Source: Eledone cirrhosa (lineage: Eukaryota). Taken from it: a DNA stretch of 64,000 bases. The notes under the pieces were generated by a model. The model ran no database searches, was not told the DNA's origin, and worked only from the letters and a program-made list of their open reading frames with translations. A program made the position numbers and the translations under genes. The DNA lies in assembly GCA_964016885.1 (NCBI GenBank), contig OZ024745.1, forward strand, positions 43,338,001 to 43,402,000, written 5' to 3'. This document shows positions 1 through 16,292 of this stretch, in pieces; within the stretch, counting starts at the first letter, position 1, and each line of letters starts with the position of its first letter.

Positions 1-2
1 AT

Positions 3-383
3 TGTGGAACCTGCACTCACCTCATTGAAGGCAACACGTATACATTTAAATCAGGACAAAATTTTACTGTAAAAAATCACTTCACTTGCTCATCAAAAAA
101 TCTAATTTATGCCATTAAATGTAAAGGATGCAATGAAGATTATATAGGACAAACTAAACTCACACTCAGAAACAGAATGACAGTTCATCGCCAACAATTA
201 CGAGATCCAACCACGAGACAGATACCACTAAGTGCACATCTAGACATTTGCGCAAGTAATAAGACACCCAAATTCCAAGTCTTCCCATTTTACCTTTGCG
301 CTAACAATACAACAGAACAAATGCGAATAAATAAGGAAAATATGTTTATTCAAAAATATAGACCAACATTAAATAAGGTTTAA
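3..383 (+). mobile_element. Penelope-like retroelement, C-terminal GIY-YIG endonuclease (ORF enters from left edge)
   Basis: Frame 3 is open from position 3: CGTCTHLIEGNTYTFKSGQNFTVKNHFTCSSKNLIYAIKCKGCNEDYIGQTKLTLRNRMTVHRQQ...KENMFIQKYRPTLNKV*. The LIY-x-CxxC-x-YIGQT-x-R-x-H pattern and terminal E..FI..Y.P.LN are typical of PLE GIY-YIG domains. An HHR fold lies about 1 kb downstream. Confidence 0.9.
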
Positions 384-544
384 TATACATTATGTCAACA
401 CCACAATATGACATACACACACACACATAACACCTTCTACTTTAGAAAATAAAAACCCGAACTAAATAAACCTTAACATACGTTTGCACTGGCAATACAA
501 CAGCAAACACGAAAAAGTCAGGAAAATATGTTCATTCAAAAATA

Positions 545-930
545 TTCCTACTAAAGGAATCACTTTCCTACACACACACATACACACACACACACAATAT
601 ATATATATATATATATATATTCTCTTCATCTTAACATGCTAACCATACTCCCACACACATAACACCCATACACACACATAACAACCCCCACACCTACAAC
701 TCCCTCCCCATTTCTACTAATAGAACCACTTTCCTACACACACATATATATATACACACACACAAAATATATATTCTCTCCATCTTAACATACTCGCACA
801 CACACACATAACACCCATATACACACACACACACAACTCCCTCCCCCATATCTACTAATAGAATCATCTTCCAATACACACATACACACACACACACACG
901 CATATACACACACACAAGCACACAAATAAA
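545..930. repeat. Degenerate CA-rich tandem repeats in the PLE 3' region
   Basis: Recurring blocks (ctaatagaaccactttcctacacacac, atattctct..catcttaacat, acataacacccata) interleaved with (CA)n. Confidence 0.6.
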
Positions 931-1411
931 CACATATCTTCAGTCTCAATAGAAAATCTGAACTCTGACAGCTGGCCATATTCACTGAACCAGAACATTT
1001 CTCCCAATCCCTTTTCCCTTGACCACTATCTCTCCATTGTCATAACATTCACTATAAAGACTACAGAATAGTTTTCCAAATAAGGGCGCAAAAATGTAAT
1101 GAAAACTTGTTCACGTGACAGCCAAATTTCATTTATAACCAACCAAAAAAAAGCCTTCGTGAGCCTCATTTTTTCAAGTAAAAAGAAATTCAAACACTCA
1201 TATATGAAAAAACAACCAGTGACAACCCCCCCCTCTTATTTGAAGAACTATTGTAACGCGAACTGGCGCGAAATTTATTATAATTATTGACAAACCAATC
1301 AAATTACTTCTCGAAAAACCTGGCTTTCGAGCCACTTTTTCCATATAAAACAAGTAACATTTAGAGACCAACCAGATGTGAGAAAAACCACAGACCCTCC
1401 ATCTCAACTCA

Positions 1412-1449
1412 CCTTTTGAAAAGCAGAAGAACTGCGAAACCGGTAAAGG
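1412..1449 (+). ncRNA. Minimal type I hammerhead ribozyme, U3-A8 core variant
   Basis: CCTT|TTGAAAA|GCAG-AAGAA-CTGC|GAA|ACCGGT|A|AAGG: stem I CCTT/AAGG, 4-bp stem II, palindromic stem III, GUA cleavage triplet. AATAAA at 1455-1460. Confidence 0.75.
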
Positions 1450-1580
1450 AACCAAATAAATATATATATTTTAAAAAAAAATAAGACTTCAGTTGCATTT
1501 TCGATTTCATCTCTTTTTCTTTATACTTCCACTCGTGTAGGACACCTCGGTTATTTTTCATTTTGTAAAAAAAACCTCAC

Positions 1581-2981
<1,401 letters not shown>

Positions 2982-3089
2982 TTCTCAACCTGTTAGTTCT
3001 TTCGTTACTTTGGTATTGTGTGTCAGATTTTGCCTACCACGATGTTCAATTTGTCAAGCTATTTAAACGTATGTTATTACTCTAAGGAC

Positions 3090-3270
3090 GGTGGATTGGC
3101 AGTATCAGTAGAGGGTCGGACGCCATGCTTTGCAGCATAGTTACGTCCCTTTACGATCTGTGTTCAAATCCCGCCGAGGTTGACTTTGTCTTTCATCCTT
3201 ACGGGGTCGATAAAATAAAGTACCAGTAATGCACTGGGTAATTGCTGGCCTTGTGCCTAAAGTAGAAACA
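3090..3270 (+). mobile_element. tRNA-derived SINE family A (Meta-like central domain)
   Basis: A-box-like TGGCAGTATCAGT, B-box-like GTTCAAATCC, central CTTTCATCCTTACGGGGTCGATAAAATAAAGTACCAG, tail GTAGAAACA. 17-bp target-site duplication (TSD) GTTATTACTCTAAGGAC at 3073-3089 and 3271-3287. Confidence 0.9.
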
Positions 3271-3378
3271 GTTATTACTCTAAGGACCTACCTTGTCGAG
3301 TGCTTTGCTAACTCATTCATATAGTAGGTCGAATTTGCTTGCACACCGCCAAAGATTCGATTTTACTAAGCCTCCAAT

Positions 3379-3410
<32 letters not shown>

Positions 3411-3443
3411 TTTATTAAAATAACAGATTAAAGTTTAAGCAAA

Positions 3444-3499
<56 letters not shown>

Positions 3500-4705
3500 T
3501 ATATATATATAGAGAGAGAGATAATGCTGCGGTGTTTCTCTATTTCTGGTTTCAGAAGGTGGATTTAGGTGAAGAAACGGCTTTTAAAGCTATCTTATAT
3601 ACAGGATTTATTTGCTTCCGTACTATTGATCCCAGAATGATAAAAAGCAAAGTCTACATCGGTGGCATTTGAACTCAGCACATAACGTAACTAAATAGAG
3701 TAAGGAAAAAATGAGAATGAAACAAAGGCGGTTTTGATTCATAACTTTGGCTACTTGAATTTTGGATAAATTGAGCCAGATCAGAACTTATCTTACTTAT
3801 GTTGATTCATATATTTAACTACTTGAATTTTGGATAAATTGAGTCAGATCAGAACTTATCTTACCTGTAAAGGAAACCATACTGTTCATTATCATCGCCA
3901 AGAGGTTTACTGAGCTTGTAACCAAAGTTTTCCCTGAAAAATAAAATAAATAGAAATGTGTAATTCTGTTATTATTGGTCAGATATTGTAGAATCAATTT
4001 GAAAATAAGCCAACTATCAACTCCAATCCAAAGTATATTCTGATCCCTGTCAACCCTACTTGAAGAACTATATCTAGGATGAGTGAATGAGGGAGCCTCT
4101 GTGCAGTTGCTTCACCTGCTAAAACTAGCATCTAAATTTCCTCTAATTATACTTTATCCTCTTAAAATAGAAAGAACACAATACAATATAGTATTTGATA
4201 TAAAAATGAAACAAAAAACAAACAAAATAAAACAAAAAAAATTGATAGTTACGGCTAGATGCCTTTGATTATAGGACTGTTCGATTAAGGTTATTTTGGG
4301 GTTAAACTCTAATGACTATATCAAAGATTGATTTAATGATTCTGGCACCAAAGCCAACAACTATCTGATAAAATGGACCAGAGGGAAGTTTTGTTTGTTG
4401 TTCAACCTGACAGGAATACTAACCAAATTTCACTAAATCAATTCCTATCATCGTAGAAAGTAAGGGCACATTGGATAATATAATATTCAATATTCTACAC
4501 CCAAGAAGAAGGAATGGTCATGATTGAAGATCGGATAACCTTAATGTAATAGTTGTACATCCGTCAATGGCCTGTTAGATAAGAATGTTATTGTTAATAA
4601 TATGAAGGCATGTACGTTATGATTATGCTTAACAAGCATATATAAATCTCGCTATGAGGGTATTAAGCTGTGATCAAGTCACAACTATTTCAGTAGCCGT
4701 GTGAG

Positions 4706-4757
4706 AACGCCAAACACTAGTGTTTCAGGATTTATTTTATCCACCATCAGTGACGTT
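4706..4757 (-). ncRNA. Type I hammerhead ribozyme fold, A9G variant
   Basis: Minus strand: AACGTCA|CTGATGG|T-GGAT-AAAATAA-ATCC-T|GAA|ACACTAGTGT|T|TGGCGTT. 7-bp stem I (one G-U), 4-bp stem II, perfect 10-nt palindromic stem III. Confidence 0.7.
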
Positions 4758-7260
4758 TACCCACCTGGCACAGATATTAAAATAAGCTATAGCTTATATA
4801 GTTTTTGCGTATAAGACATCTACGGGAGTTCATTTGATATAGTGTAGCATTAACATAGCATGATTCATAACAGGGGTGTATATAAAGGCATTTGAGATAT
4901 GTTTATGTATATGTTTATTATACATAAATATACCGTATATGCCGCCATATACACATTTATTGTGAATCACGCTATGCTAGTGCTACAGCTGGGAAAGGTT
5001 AATAGCTTGAGTCTAGACAGGTATTATATGCACATTCAAGAAAAAAACCTCCACTGTCAAACGAAGACCAAATTGATCAATATTGAAAAATCTCATATCA
5101 ATCAATCTAATTCTAATTCTAAATTCTGATAAGATTGAGCAAACGTTTTATTATTTCAGTTGATTCAATACTAAAATACTCCCGATAGTATACACCTTTC
5201 TTGAAGAGAGTTAATCATTAAAGCTAATGGCTTTTCTCTTCATTATGGGTGTATGGTTCGCTATATTAATTATTTTAGCTCCCATTAAACTATGTTTTTT
5301 ATTCATTCATGGGAACATTTATTCAGCCATTGTTTTAAGTATAAATGAATGTTTTTCATTCAAATCTTTATTATTCTTCCAAATAATCCGGGATCTGTTA
5401 AGTACGAATGAGACCATTATACTTCCCCGAAGAGACTTAACAATAGCGAAACATGTCCGGCATTGTAAATGACCAGACACACGTCCCATTGTATACAACT
5501 ATTCAATTATTATTATTATTATAATTTTTTTTTTTTTTATTAATTTGGCTATCGGAATTGTTTCCTTTGCATTTCTTGACAAAAATAATAAAAATAATCA
5601 TTATCAAGTGTAATTTTAATTGAGTAAAACTATTTTTTGCTCACTACATTATATACTACACATTCGATTATAAAATTCATTAATTCTATTGTATTGAGTT
5701 TTGTAGGGTTAATTTTCTTACATTAATCACACTGAGAATTAAGATATTTTAATTACATTACCATAAGACAACAACAACAAGAAGTTTAAGGCGAGTATGA
5801 ATTGAAACGAAGAAATGTATGATTGTTGGATTGTATAAATGTGATTGGTTTAATATGTGTTGCTGTGGGAACGTAGTTATTGCTTGGTTGAGTTGTTAGA
5901 AGTTAATTTGGATAAATTAGGTTATACACTAGTACAGTTGCTTAGTTCGTTATTAGTCCTCGTCAAAATCTCATTTATACCCCCGCAATTTTAATATTGG
6001 CGTAAAGTGAACACAAAGTGAACAGAGGAAAAATGAAAACATTTTTTCTGTCAAAGAAAATTATTTATTCAATCTAAAATTTGAAAAGACGTTCAAATAT
6101 TCGAATGATTTGAGTTACCAGAAAAATTATCAGAAGTCAACTCATTAATCTAATGAACTACAAGTGGTTTGTGTTATAGAAATATAATTATGACGAGTTG
6201 TAATAAGCAAAGTTTGTACACTACACGATGTCAGTGTGGAGATATATGATGTAACTGGACAGAAATAAATTTGTGGTATTTATCGAAAAACCTGTAGACA
6301 TGAAAGAGAGAGACAGGCTAAAGATGTGAATGCATAGAATGCGAGAGAGTAAAACATATATAGAGCCATGACGGCTGTCTGTTTCGCTGGCCAAGAATGG
6401 TCAGACGAAATTAGCAGTCGCTAGGTGAACATCGTTGTACTGGAACAAGAACTAAGAGAGTGCCGCTGTCTGCTTCACTCTTTTTATACAATAAAGGCGA
6501 CGCTATGGAATATTAGATATGATACGAAAAGATGCCGAAAAGTAGGCGGTGAATTGGTAGAGCCATTAAATTCCGCCATACTTTCCTGGCTCACTGCACT
6601 CAGGGTTCAAATCTCGCCGAGATCAACTTTGCTTTTCATCCTTTCGAGGTCGATAAAGTACTCGTCTAGTACTTGAGTTGATTCTTCCCCTTATTTTTAT
6701 TACCTTATTTATTTATTTATGTTTATTATGGGAAAAAAATAAAAGTTTCCCCAACTTCAAAACCCACTAGAGCACAATCGCGCCACAAATTGAAGGAGAT
6801 TAACTAAAATATTACTTACTATAAGTACCTTTGCACAAAGTACTCCTTTTACAAGCCGCCGTGAAAAGGATGAAAGTTTTTATTTATTATAATCCTTCTC
6901 GATGGCCTCACTAGCCTAATTAGCGCATTCTCAATAATGAACTTCATTCCATTCCTAAGAATTTTTTCTTTTCTTTGTAAATAGTTTATCATACTTTTTA
7001 TGCACCATTTTTATATTTTAATTGTATACACGGTTAGTGAAATAAATGTACAAAAGACTCTTGCATTGAGCGTGTCCTTATATGAGTTGCATTGAATAAA
7101 TATTCATTCAACTTTTGGATTTGTAAGATAGAGTCAATTGCTTAAATATTCATGATCATAGGTATCTAATCAAGGGTAACAACTTATCTTGACCTTTCAC
7201 TGCCGGTGGTCAGAATTGTTTATTCTAGTGCAAAGCTATTTACAGCTATAATTTAAACCT

Positions 7261-7430
7261 GTGGATTGGCAGTATCGGTAGAGGGTCGGACGCCAGCATA
7301 GTTACGTCCCTTTACGATCTGAGTTCAAATCCTGCCGAGGTTGACTTTGCCTTTCATCCTTACGGGGTCGATAAAATAAAGTACCAGTAATGTACTGGGT
7401 AATTGCTGGCCTTGTGCCAAAAGTAGAAAC
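7261..7430 (+). mobile_element. SINE family A copy
   Basis: Near-identical to 3090-3270 with a short internal deletion. Confidence 0.88.
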
Positions 7431-7446
7431 AATTATTTATATAATG

Positions 7447-7634
7447 AGGGCGGTGGATTGGCAGTATCGGTAGAGGGTCGGACGCCATGCTTTGACGCAT
7501 AGAGTTACGGCCCTTGCCATTCTGAGTTCAAATCCCGCCGAGGTTAACTTTGCCTTTCATCCTTACGGGGTCGATAAAATAAAGTAACAGTAATACACTG
7601 GAATAATTGCTGGCCTTGTGCCAAAAGTAGAAAC
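7447..7634 (+). mobile_element. SINE family A copy inserted at the tail of the preceding copy
   Basis: Full head (AGGGCGGTGGATTGGCAG). TSD AATTATTTATATAATG at 7431-7446 and 7635-7650. Confidence 0.88.
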
Positions 7635-8099
7635 AATTATTTATATAATGTCTACTTTGCCTCTCATTCTTTTGGGGCTCGACAAATAAAGTAACAGTCA
7701 AGTACTGAGGTTAATGTAATCGACTTTCTCCTTCCCTCAAATTGCTGGCCTTGAGCTTAAGTTTGAACCCATTATTTACATATACATGATGTTGCTGTTG
7801 TTTAACCCCAGGTCAGCCCTGCGTTGAGGTCGTGATCATCCGGCTTTTTTTTTTTTATTAATAGTTATTTATATTTTTGTTACATTGTATCCAAGTCTAC
7901 ATTATTCTGGATATACGCCGTTTATTTTTAAGACAGAAGGTGGGATTTGTATGAGATTTGACTGTTATTTCTAGCGGGCCGAACGACCACATCGAGACTT
8001 CTTATGGCATTATCAATATAATTGTTTCGAAACATAGACACAAGGAGGAATGGAAAGGCGATTATATTGACCCCTAATACTTTCTAAAAAACTGTCTCG

Positions 8100-8362
8100 A
8101 GCTCGGAGGGTCACCAGACCAGTGTTTATCTCGGTTTCCGTGGCATGAAGCGATTGAGAATACAAGACTGTTCCCTGGACAGGACGCCAATCCATCGCAA
8201 GGTTAAACCCCCAGCTATTGCTGGTACTCATTTTCAGCTGAGTATGCTGGAGTATCATGAAATGAAGTGTTTTGCTCAAGAAAACAGCACATAACCCAAT
8301 TCAGGAATCGAACTCACAATATTATGACCGTGTGCCCAACATCCTTACCACTAGGCCACGCA
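8100..8362 (-). mobile_element. tRNA-derived CORE-type SINE with a different 3' half
   Basis: Minus strand: GCGTGGCCTAGTGGTAAGG...GAGTTCGATTCC head, CTTGAGCAAAACACTTCATTTCA CORE-like block, then GCGATGGATTGGCGTCCTGTCCAGGG. A related copy is at about 38311-38560 (+). Confidence 0.7.
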
Positions 8363-8639
8363 TTGCCAGCGGCTCATTAGCATAGTGGTTATTGACCTCA
8401 TCCGGTATCCGAGAGATACGGGGTTCGATTCCTCGCAGAATCCTCTATCATTTTTCCCGTTTCCAAGAGTACATTACCGTGACTTTATTTTATCAACCCT
8501 GGAAGGATGAGAGGCAAAGTTGACATTGGTGGGATGGGAAATCAGAACGTAAAGAGACGTAACTAAATGCTACAAAGCATTTTGCCGGACGTTTTACCGA
8601 TTCCGCCAATCCACTGCTCTATTATCAATGTAAATAATA

Positions 8640-8815
8640 GTTTCTGATTTAGGCACAATGGAAAACATTTTAGGGTAAGGGAAAGTCAATTAAATCGACT
8701 CCAGTGCATCACTGGTACTTTATTTCATCGACACTGTGAGGATAAAAGGCAAGGATAACCTCGGCGGGATCTGAACTCAGAACGTAACGGCCGTAACCTT
8801 ATAGCGTACAGCATA
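8640..8815 (-). mobile_element. Older SINE family A relative
   Basis: ACTGGTACTTTATTTCATCGAC...GGCGGGATCTGAACTCAG. Similar copies at about 10376-10565, 43946-44130 and 50040-50226 (all -). Confidence 0.75.
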
Positions 8816-9090
8816 CCGTGTAGAATTCACCGCTATTTTTTCGGACCCAGAAGGATGAAAGGTGATCCTTATGGGATTTGAACTTAAAAGGTATTGGCTT
8901 ATAACTAAATGCAACAAGGCATTTAGTCTGGCGCTTCACTGGTTCTGTCTCACTGACCCCAAATCTGCCATATTAACTTTTTGTCCTACACCCTGATGAT
9001 TTCGACTGCTTTTTTTCTTAGATGTAAAATTCTTTAATTTCATTGTACCATATAATACAACTCCACATATACATTACAATGACACAAATT

Positions 9091-9820
9091 GTAAACAACC
9101 GGTTGACTTAAGAAGCATTGGTAACATTTGAAACTTGAAATGTAGTTGTCCCAACGTAAATAACATAATAGTTGGGCAAATTAGGTAAAGCACTCCTGGA
9201 GAAGGAAAAAAGAGTTTGAAGGGTTCGATTCCTCGCATATATCTGTCCCCAAGGTTACTTTATTTTTAATGTTATTTATAATGATCGACTATTATTATAG
9301 TTATTTACGTTGAGACAGCTGCATTTCAATTTTCAAATTTACCTAATGCTTCTTAAGTCGAACGGTTATTTAAACCTATAGCTACAGGGTTAACATTTTC
9401 TAATTCTAAATAGACGGAACTACTGACTAGCGGCAAATTAGCGTAGTGGTTATTGAACTTGCCCGGTATCTGAGAGATACGGGATTCGATTCCTCGCAGG
9501 CACCTCTGTCATTTTTTTCCCGTCCCCAAGAGTACTTTACATGATTTTCTCGACTATTATTTATAATGATTACCTATTTTCATAGTTATTTGCGTTGAAA
9601 TGACTACATTTCTAATTTCTCCAATGCTTTTTATGTCAACTGATTGTTTACACTTCTAGCTACAAGCTTAAACTCTTTTAAAAAGACGGAATCCGCAGCC
9701 AGAGAGATACGGGGTTCGATTCTCCGCAGGCGCCACTCTCCACCTTTTCGGCTTCCAGGGGTATTTTATTGGATTTTCTCGATTATTTATTTATAAATCA
9801 TCTGCGTTGGTACAACATTT
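9091..9820 (+). repeat. Tandem units (about 240-260 bp) with a tRNA-like head, plus an inverted partial copy
   Basis: GGG(A/T)TTCGATTCCTCGCA-type motif recurs at about 9222, 9481 and 9712 (also 8421). Head TAGCGTAGTGGTTA at about 9439. 9091-9165 is the approximate reverse complement of 9300-9375. Confidence 0.65.
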
Positions 9821-9909
9821 CAAATTATACAAATTACAACGATATCACTCTTTACAACTCCAATATGCTGATGTCAACCACATTCTGACAGAATGACACC
9901 AGAAACATA

Positions 9910-9988
9910 CAGGGTGTTCCCCATATATATATATATTCTTCAACAGCATTCTAATCAAAGTGTGTATATATTCTTTTGGAACACCCTG
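9910..9988. mobile_element. Tiny Tc1/mariner-type MITE
   Basis: TA-CAGGGTGTTCC ... GGAACACCCTG-TA: 11-bp perfect terminal inverted repeats (TIRs) flanked by TA. Confidence 0.7.
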
Positions 9989-12661
9989 TATATCTGCGAG
10001 ATAGAATAACTGAAAATCTCCAAGATGGAAAATTTATCTATAAAATAATTATCAAAATTCCGACGGGAGTAAAATAAGGGATAAAAACAAAACAAATAAA
10101 CAACAACAACTCCGAATGGGTTCTTGGTACTAATTCCAGTCGTAATTTGAATTAAGCATGAAATGAAGTTTCCATCTCCTAGGAATACGAAACAATTTCA
10201 ATTTTCTATTAAGACTTCTACCGACGTATGACAGACAGAAAGGTCCAGACAAATGTTTCTTACACTTCCTTCTGTTTTTCCCCTTTACCAGCTTCTCATC
10301 ATCATGCCACCCAATATATAATTAGAGAAATGTAGTCTTGCTTACAACACAATTTATTGCATAATATTAATTACTAATTTAGGCACAAGGCAAGCAAATT
10401 TTTGGGAAGAACAAAGTTGATTAAATCAACTTCAGTACGTTACTGGTACTTTATTTTATCGACCCCGAAAGATATTAGGCAGCTAATCTCGGTGGGATTT
10501 GAACTCAAAATGTAAGGAACGAGAACAAATACCGCGGAATTTTATCTGACGCTCTACCGGTTCTGCATAATAGCATCCTTAAAACCTGTATCCAAGCACC
10601 TACCTCAGCGTCTAACTTCAACCAAATCAAAGTAACCCACTATATATCCATATAGAGGCTTTCCAAATCCTATGAAAAGTTAAGCTATCACTGGCAGTAA
10701 TTTGATTCATGGAATATCCAAGATATCTAAATAAGTGGCAGTAATCATCTACTTAAGCATGCACCTACACAATCTCCACACAATCGAAGCACAACGCAAT
10801 GTCATCGAATGGTTTACATCCAGTCGTGTTACACCAGTACTGGAGAAGAACATTGTGAACAAAACGTGGAGAATCTCACCCATCTTCAGTGATTGAGTAG
10901 ATATTATCTATCGCATCACATACTACATGCCTCTCAATCTATGGTTATCCCTCATACTTAATATAGTAAAAAAAAATAAATAAAAAAAAACTGCATTCGA
11001 CCATTAGCGTTCCTCTTCTGGGACAAGAAATACTTCACCTCTGACCAGCTATTAAATTTCTACAAAGTTCAAGTAAGACACATAAGGGAATACTGCTCTA
11101 ATATATTGGACGTCTTTGCTCTCTCTCTCTCTCATACACACACATGCCTCTGTCTTCTATCTTTGCACACGGCACTGGACAGAATTGCTTCTATATCATC
11201 CACTCTCATCTCGGGAACAATTTTGAATAGTTCGTAATTTGAACTCGGGAATTTTATATTCTCCGAGTGAAAAGATCCTTCTATGGATGTCCAGAAGGAC
11301 TATCCATTTATTTTTGAGACTCGAAACCGTACGGTAAAGGTAACTATAGCAGGTAGAGTGAATTTTTAAAAATTTATTTTAAAACTTTTTCTTATTTGCT
11401 AAACCTTGATTATATATATATATATATATATATACTTGACTACATCCAAAAGAAAGACATTCTTTAAATATTTGAACATAAAGGAAAGTAATATGGTGCC
11501 GTATGTGAAAGTGGGCGAATGAGAATGAAAAATGAATATTTTGACAAAGTAAAAACAAAACAAGTTATTAAAACTCATCCCAATAGCCAAAATACCAGCC
11601 GAGGCATTAAAATATTTGTAGTTCCAGTCATAACACAAGTCTCTGTAGTATTAGTATGGAACGCAACAGATCCATACAGCGACGAAATCTACTAAAAAGA
11701 GCAGCACATAATTTACCCCTTCCTCTTTTTTTCTTCCTTTGTATAATAATGCTTGTTCTTTCCCCCCTTTTCCTCTCATTTATAGCATTTATAGTTCTTT
11801 CCAATACTACTTTCTTTTTCTGTTTGACTAAATATTAAATTCTTTATTATTTTAAAGTAATTTTATGCTAGGAATATATTTGACCATTTTGAAATAAAAT
11901 AATTTTCAATTTATAGCAAATTGATTATCACAGTAACAACAAAACTTTTTTTTCGAACTTTCATTTCGAACTTCTAAAACCTAAAGCAGGAATAAAACTG
12001 GACATACTTATGATATATAAGTCAACCATTGGGGACAACCACAATGACATACCTTTACATGGCCAACACCTCTGCTAACCAAATGCACCATATATGAATA
12101 AATAAAACACTAACTCCAACACTAACTCTGACTATGATGAACAGATTCAGCGAGAATGGGACAATAGAAATAAGAATATAAGAACAGACTATTATCACTA
12201 GATATATTAGAAGTTCCCAAAATTCATATAAAATAGATGGCAACTATCACTAGAGTTAATACACCACATTGTATCAAGATGGTCTACACTAACTCTGACA
12301 AAGCATGTTTCATAAGGAAGTAGAAGTCAAATACGTACATAGGTCGTTTAAATTGACTGCACCCTCTCAATTGAAAAAATTGTGATCTTGGGACAATATC
12401 AGAATAGACTACTAACGGTCTCGGCGACGAATGTTGCTGAAATTAACGTGTGACTCAGCGTATGACACGGCTCACCCTTTGAATTACAGGTACAGTTCAC
12501 CTGACGGGCTTCTAAATATATTCCATCTGCCCAATATCACTCACAAGGTTTGGGTCAACAAGAGGCCACGGTAAATGACATTTGTCCAAGATGTCAGGCT
12601 GCGTCCATTGGGTAATGTTAGAAACCAATGCTAATAACAGTCGTTGTTACTCTTAGTGTTA

Positions 12662-12843
12662 AGGATGATGGTGATGAAGATGATGATCATGATTGTGGTG
12701 ATGATGGTGATGATGATGATTGTGCTGTTGATGGTGATGATGATGATGATTGTTGTAAAGCTGGTGATGATGATGATTGCGGTGGTGGTGGTGGTGATAA
12801 GGATGATTGTTGAGGTGATGATAATGATAATAACGATGATGAT
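12662..12843. repeat. Degenerate (GAT/GGT)n microsatellite
   Basis: Direct reading; accounts for the Asp/Met/His-rich ORFs. Confidence 0.9.
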
Positions 12844-12984
12844 CAAAGACAATAACAAATAAATACCTAGTTCGTGGTTTCACTTTACTCATGAGAGTTT
12901 CGACATCCTCATCAGTCATTCCTTGGATATCTTGTAAGAAAACGATATCGTAGCGTGCAACAATCTGCGAAAAATATAGATAGA

Positions 12985-16078
<3,094 letters not shown>

Positions 16079-16278
16079 NNNNNNNNNNNNNNNNNNNNNN
16101 NNNNNNNNNNNNNNNNNNNNNNNNNNNNNNNNNNNNNNNNNNNNNNNNNNNNNNNNNNNNNNNNNNNNNNNNNNNNNNNNNNNNNNNNNNNNNNNNNNNN
16201 NNNNNNNNNNNNNNNNNNNNNNNNNNNNNNNNNNNNNNNNNNNNNNNNNNNNNNNNNNNNNNNNNNNNNNNNNNNNNN
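16079..16278. other. Assembly gap (200 N)
   Basis: Run of exactly 200 N, probably a fixed-size scaffold join. Confidence 0.98.
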
Positions 16279-16292
16279 TGTATTAATATGGA

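Noticed and set aside
12628-12919. His-rich, Asp-rich and Met-rich ORFs
   Set aside because: (GAT)n microsatellite is open in several frames on both strands, and there is no splice or homology support.
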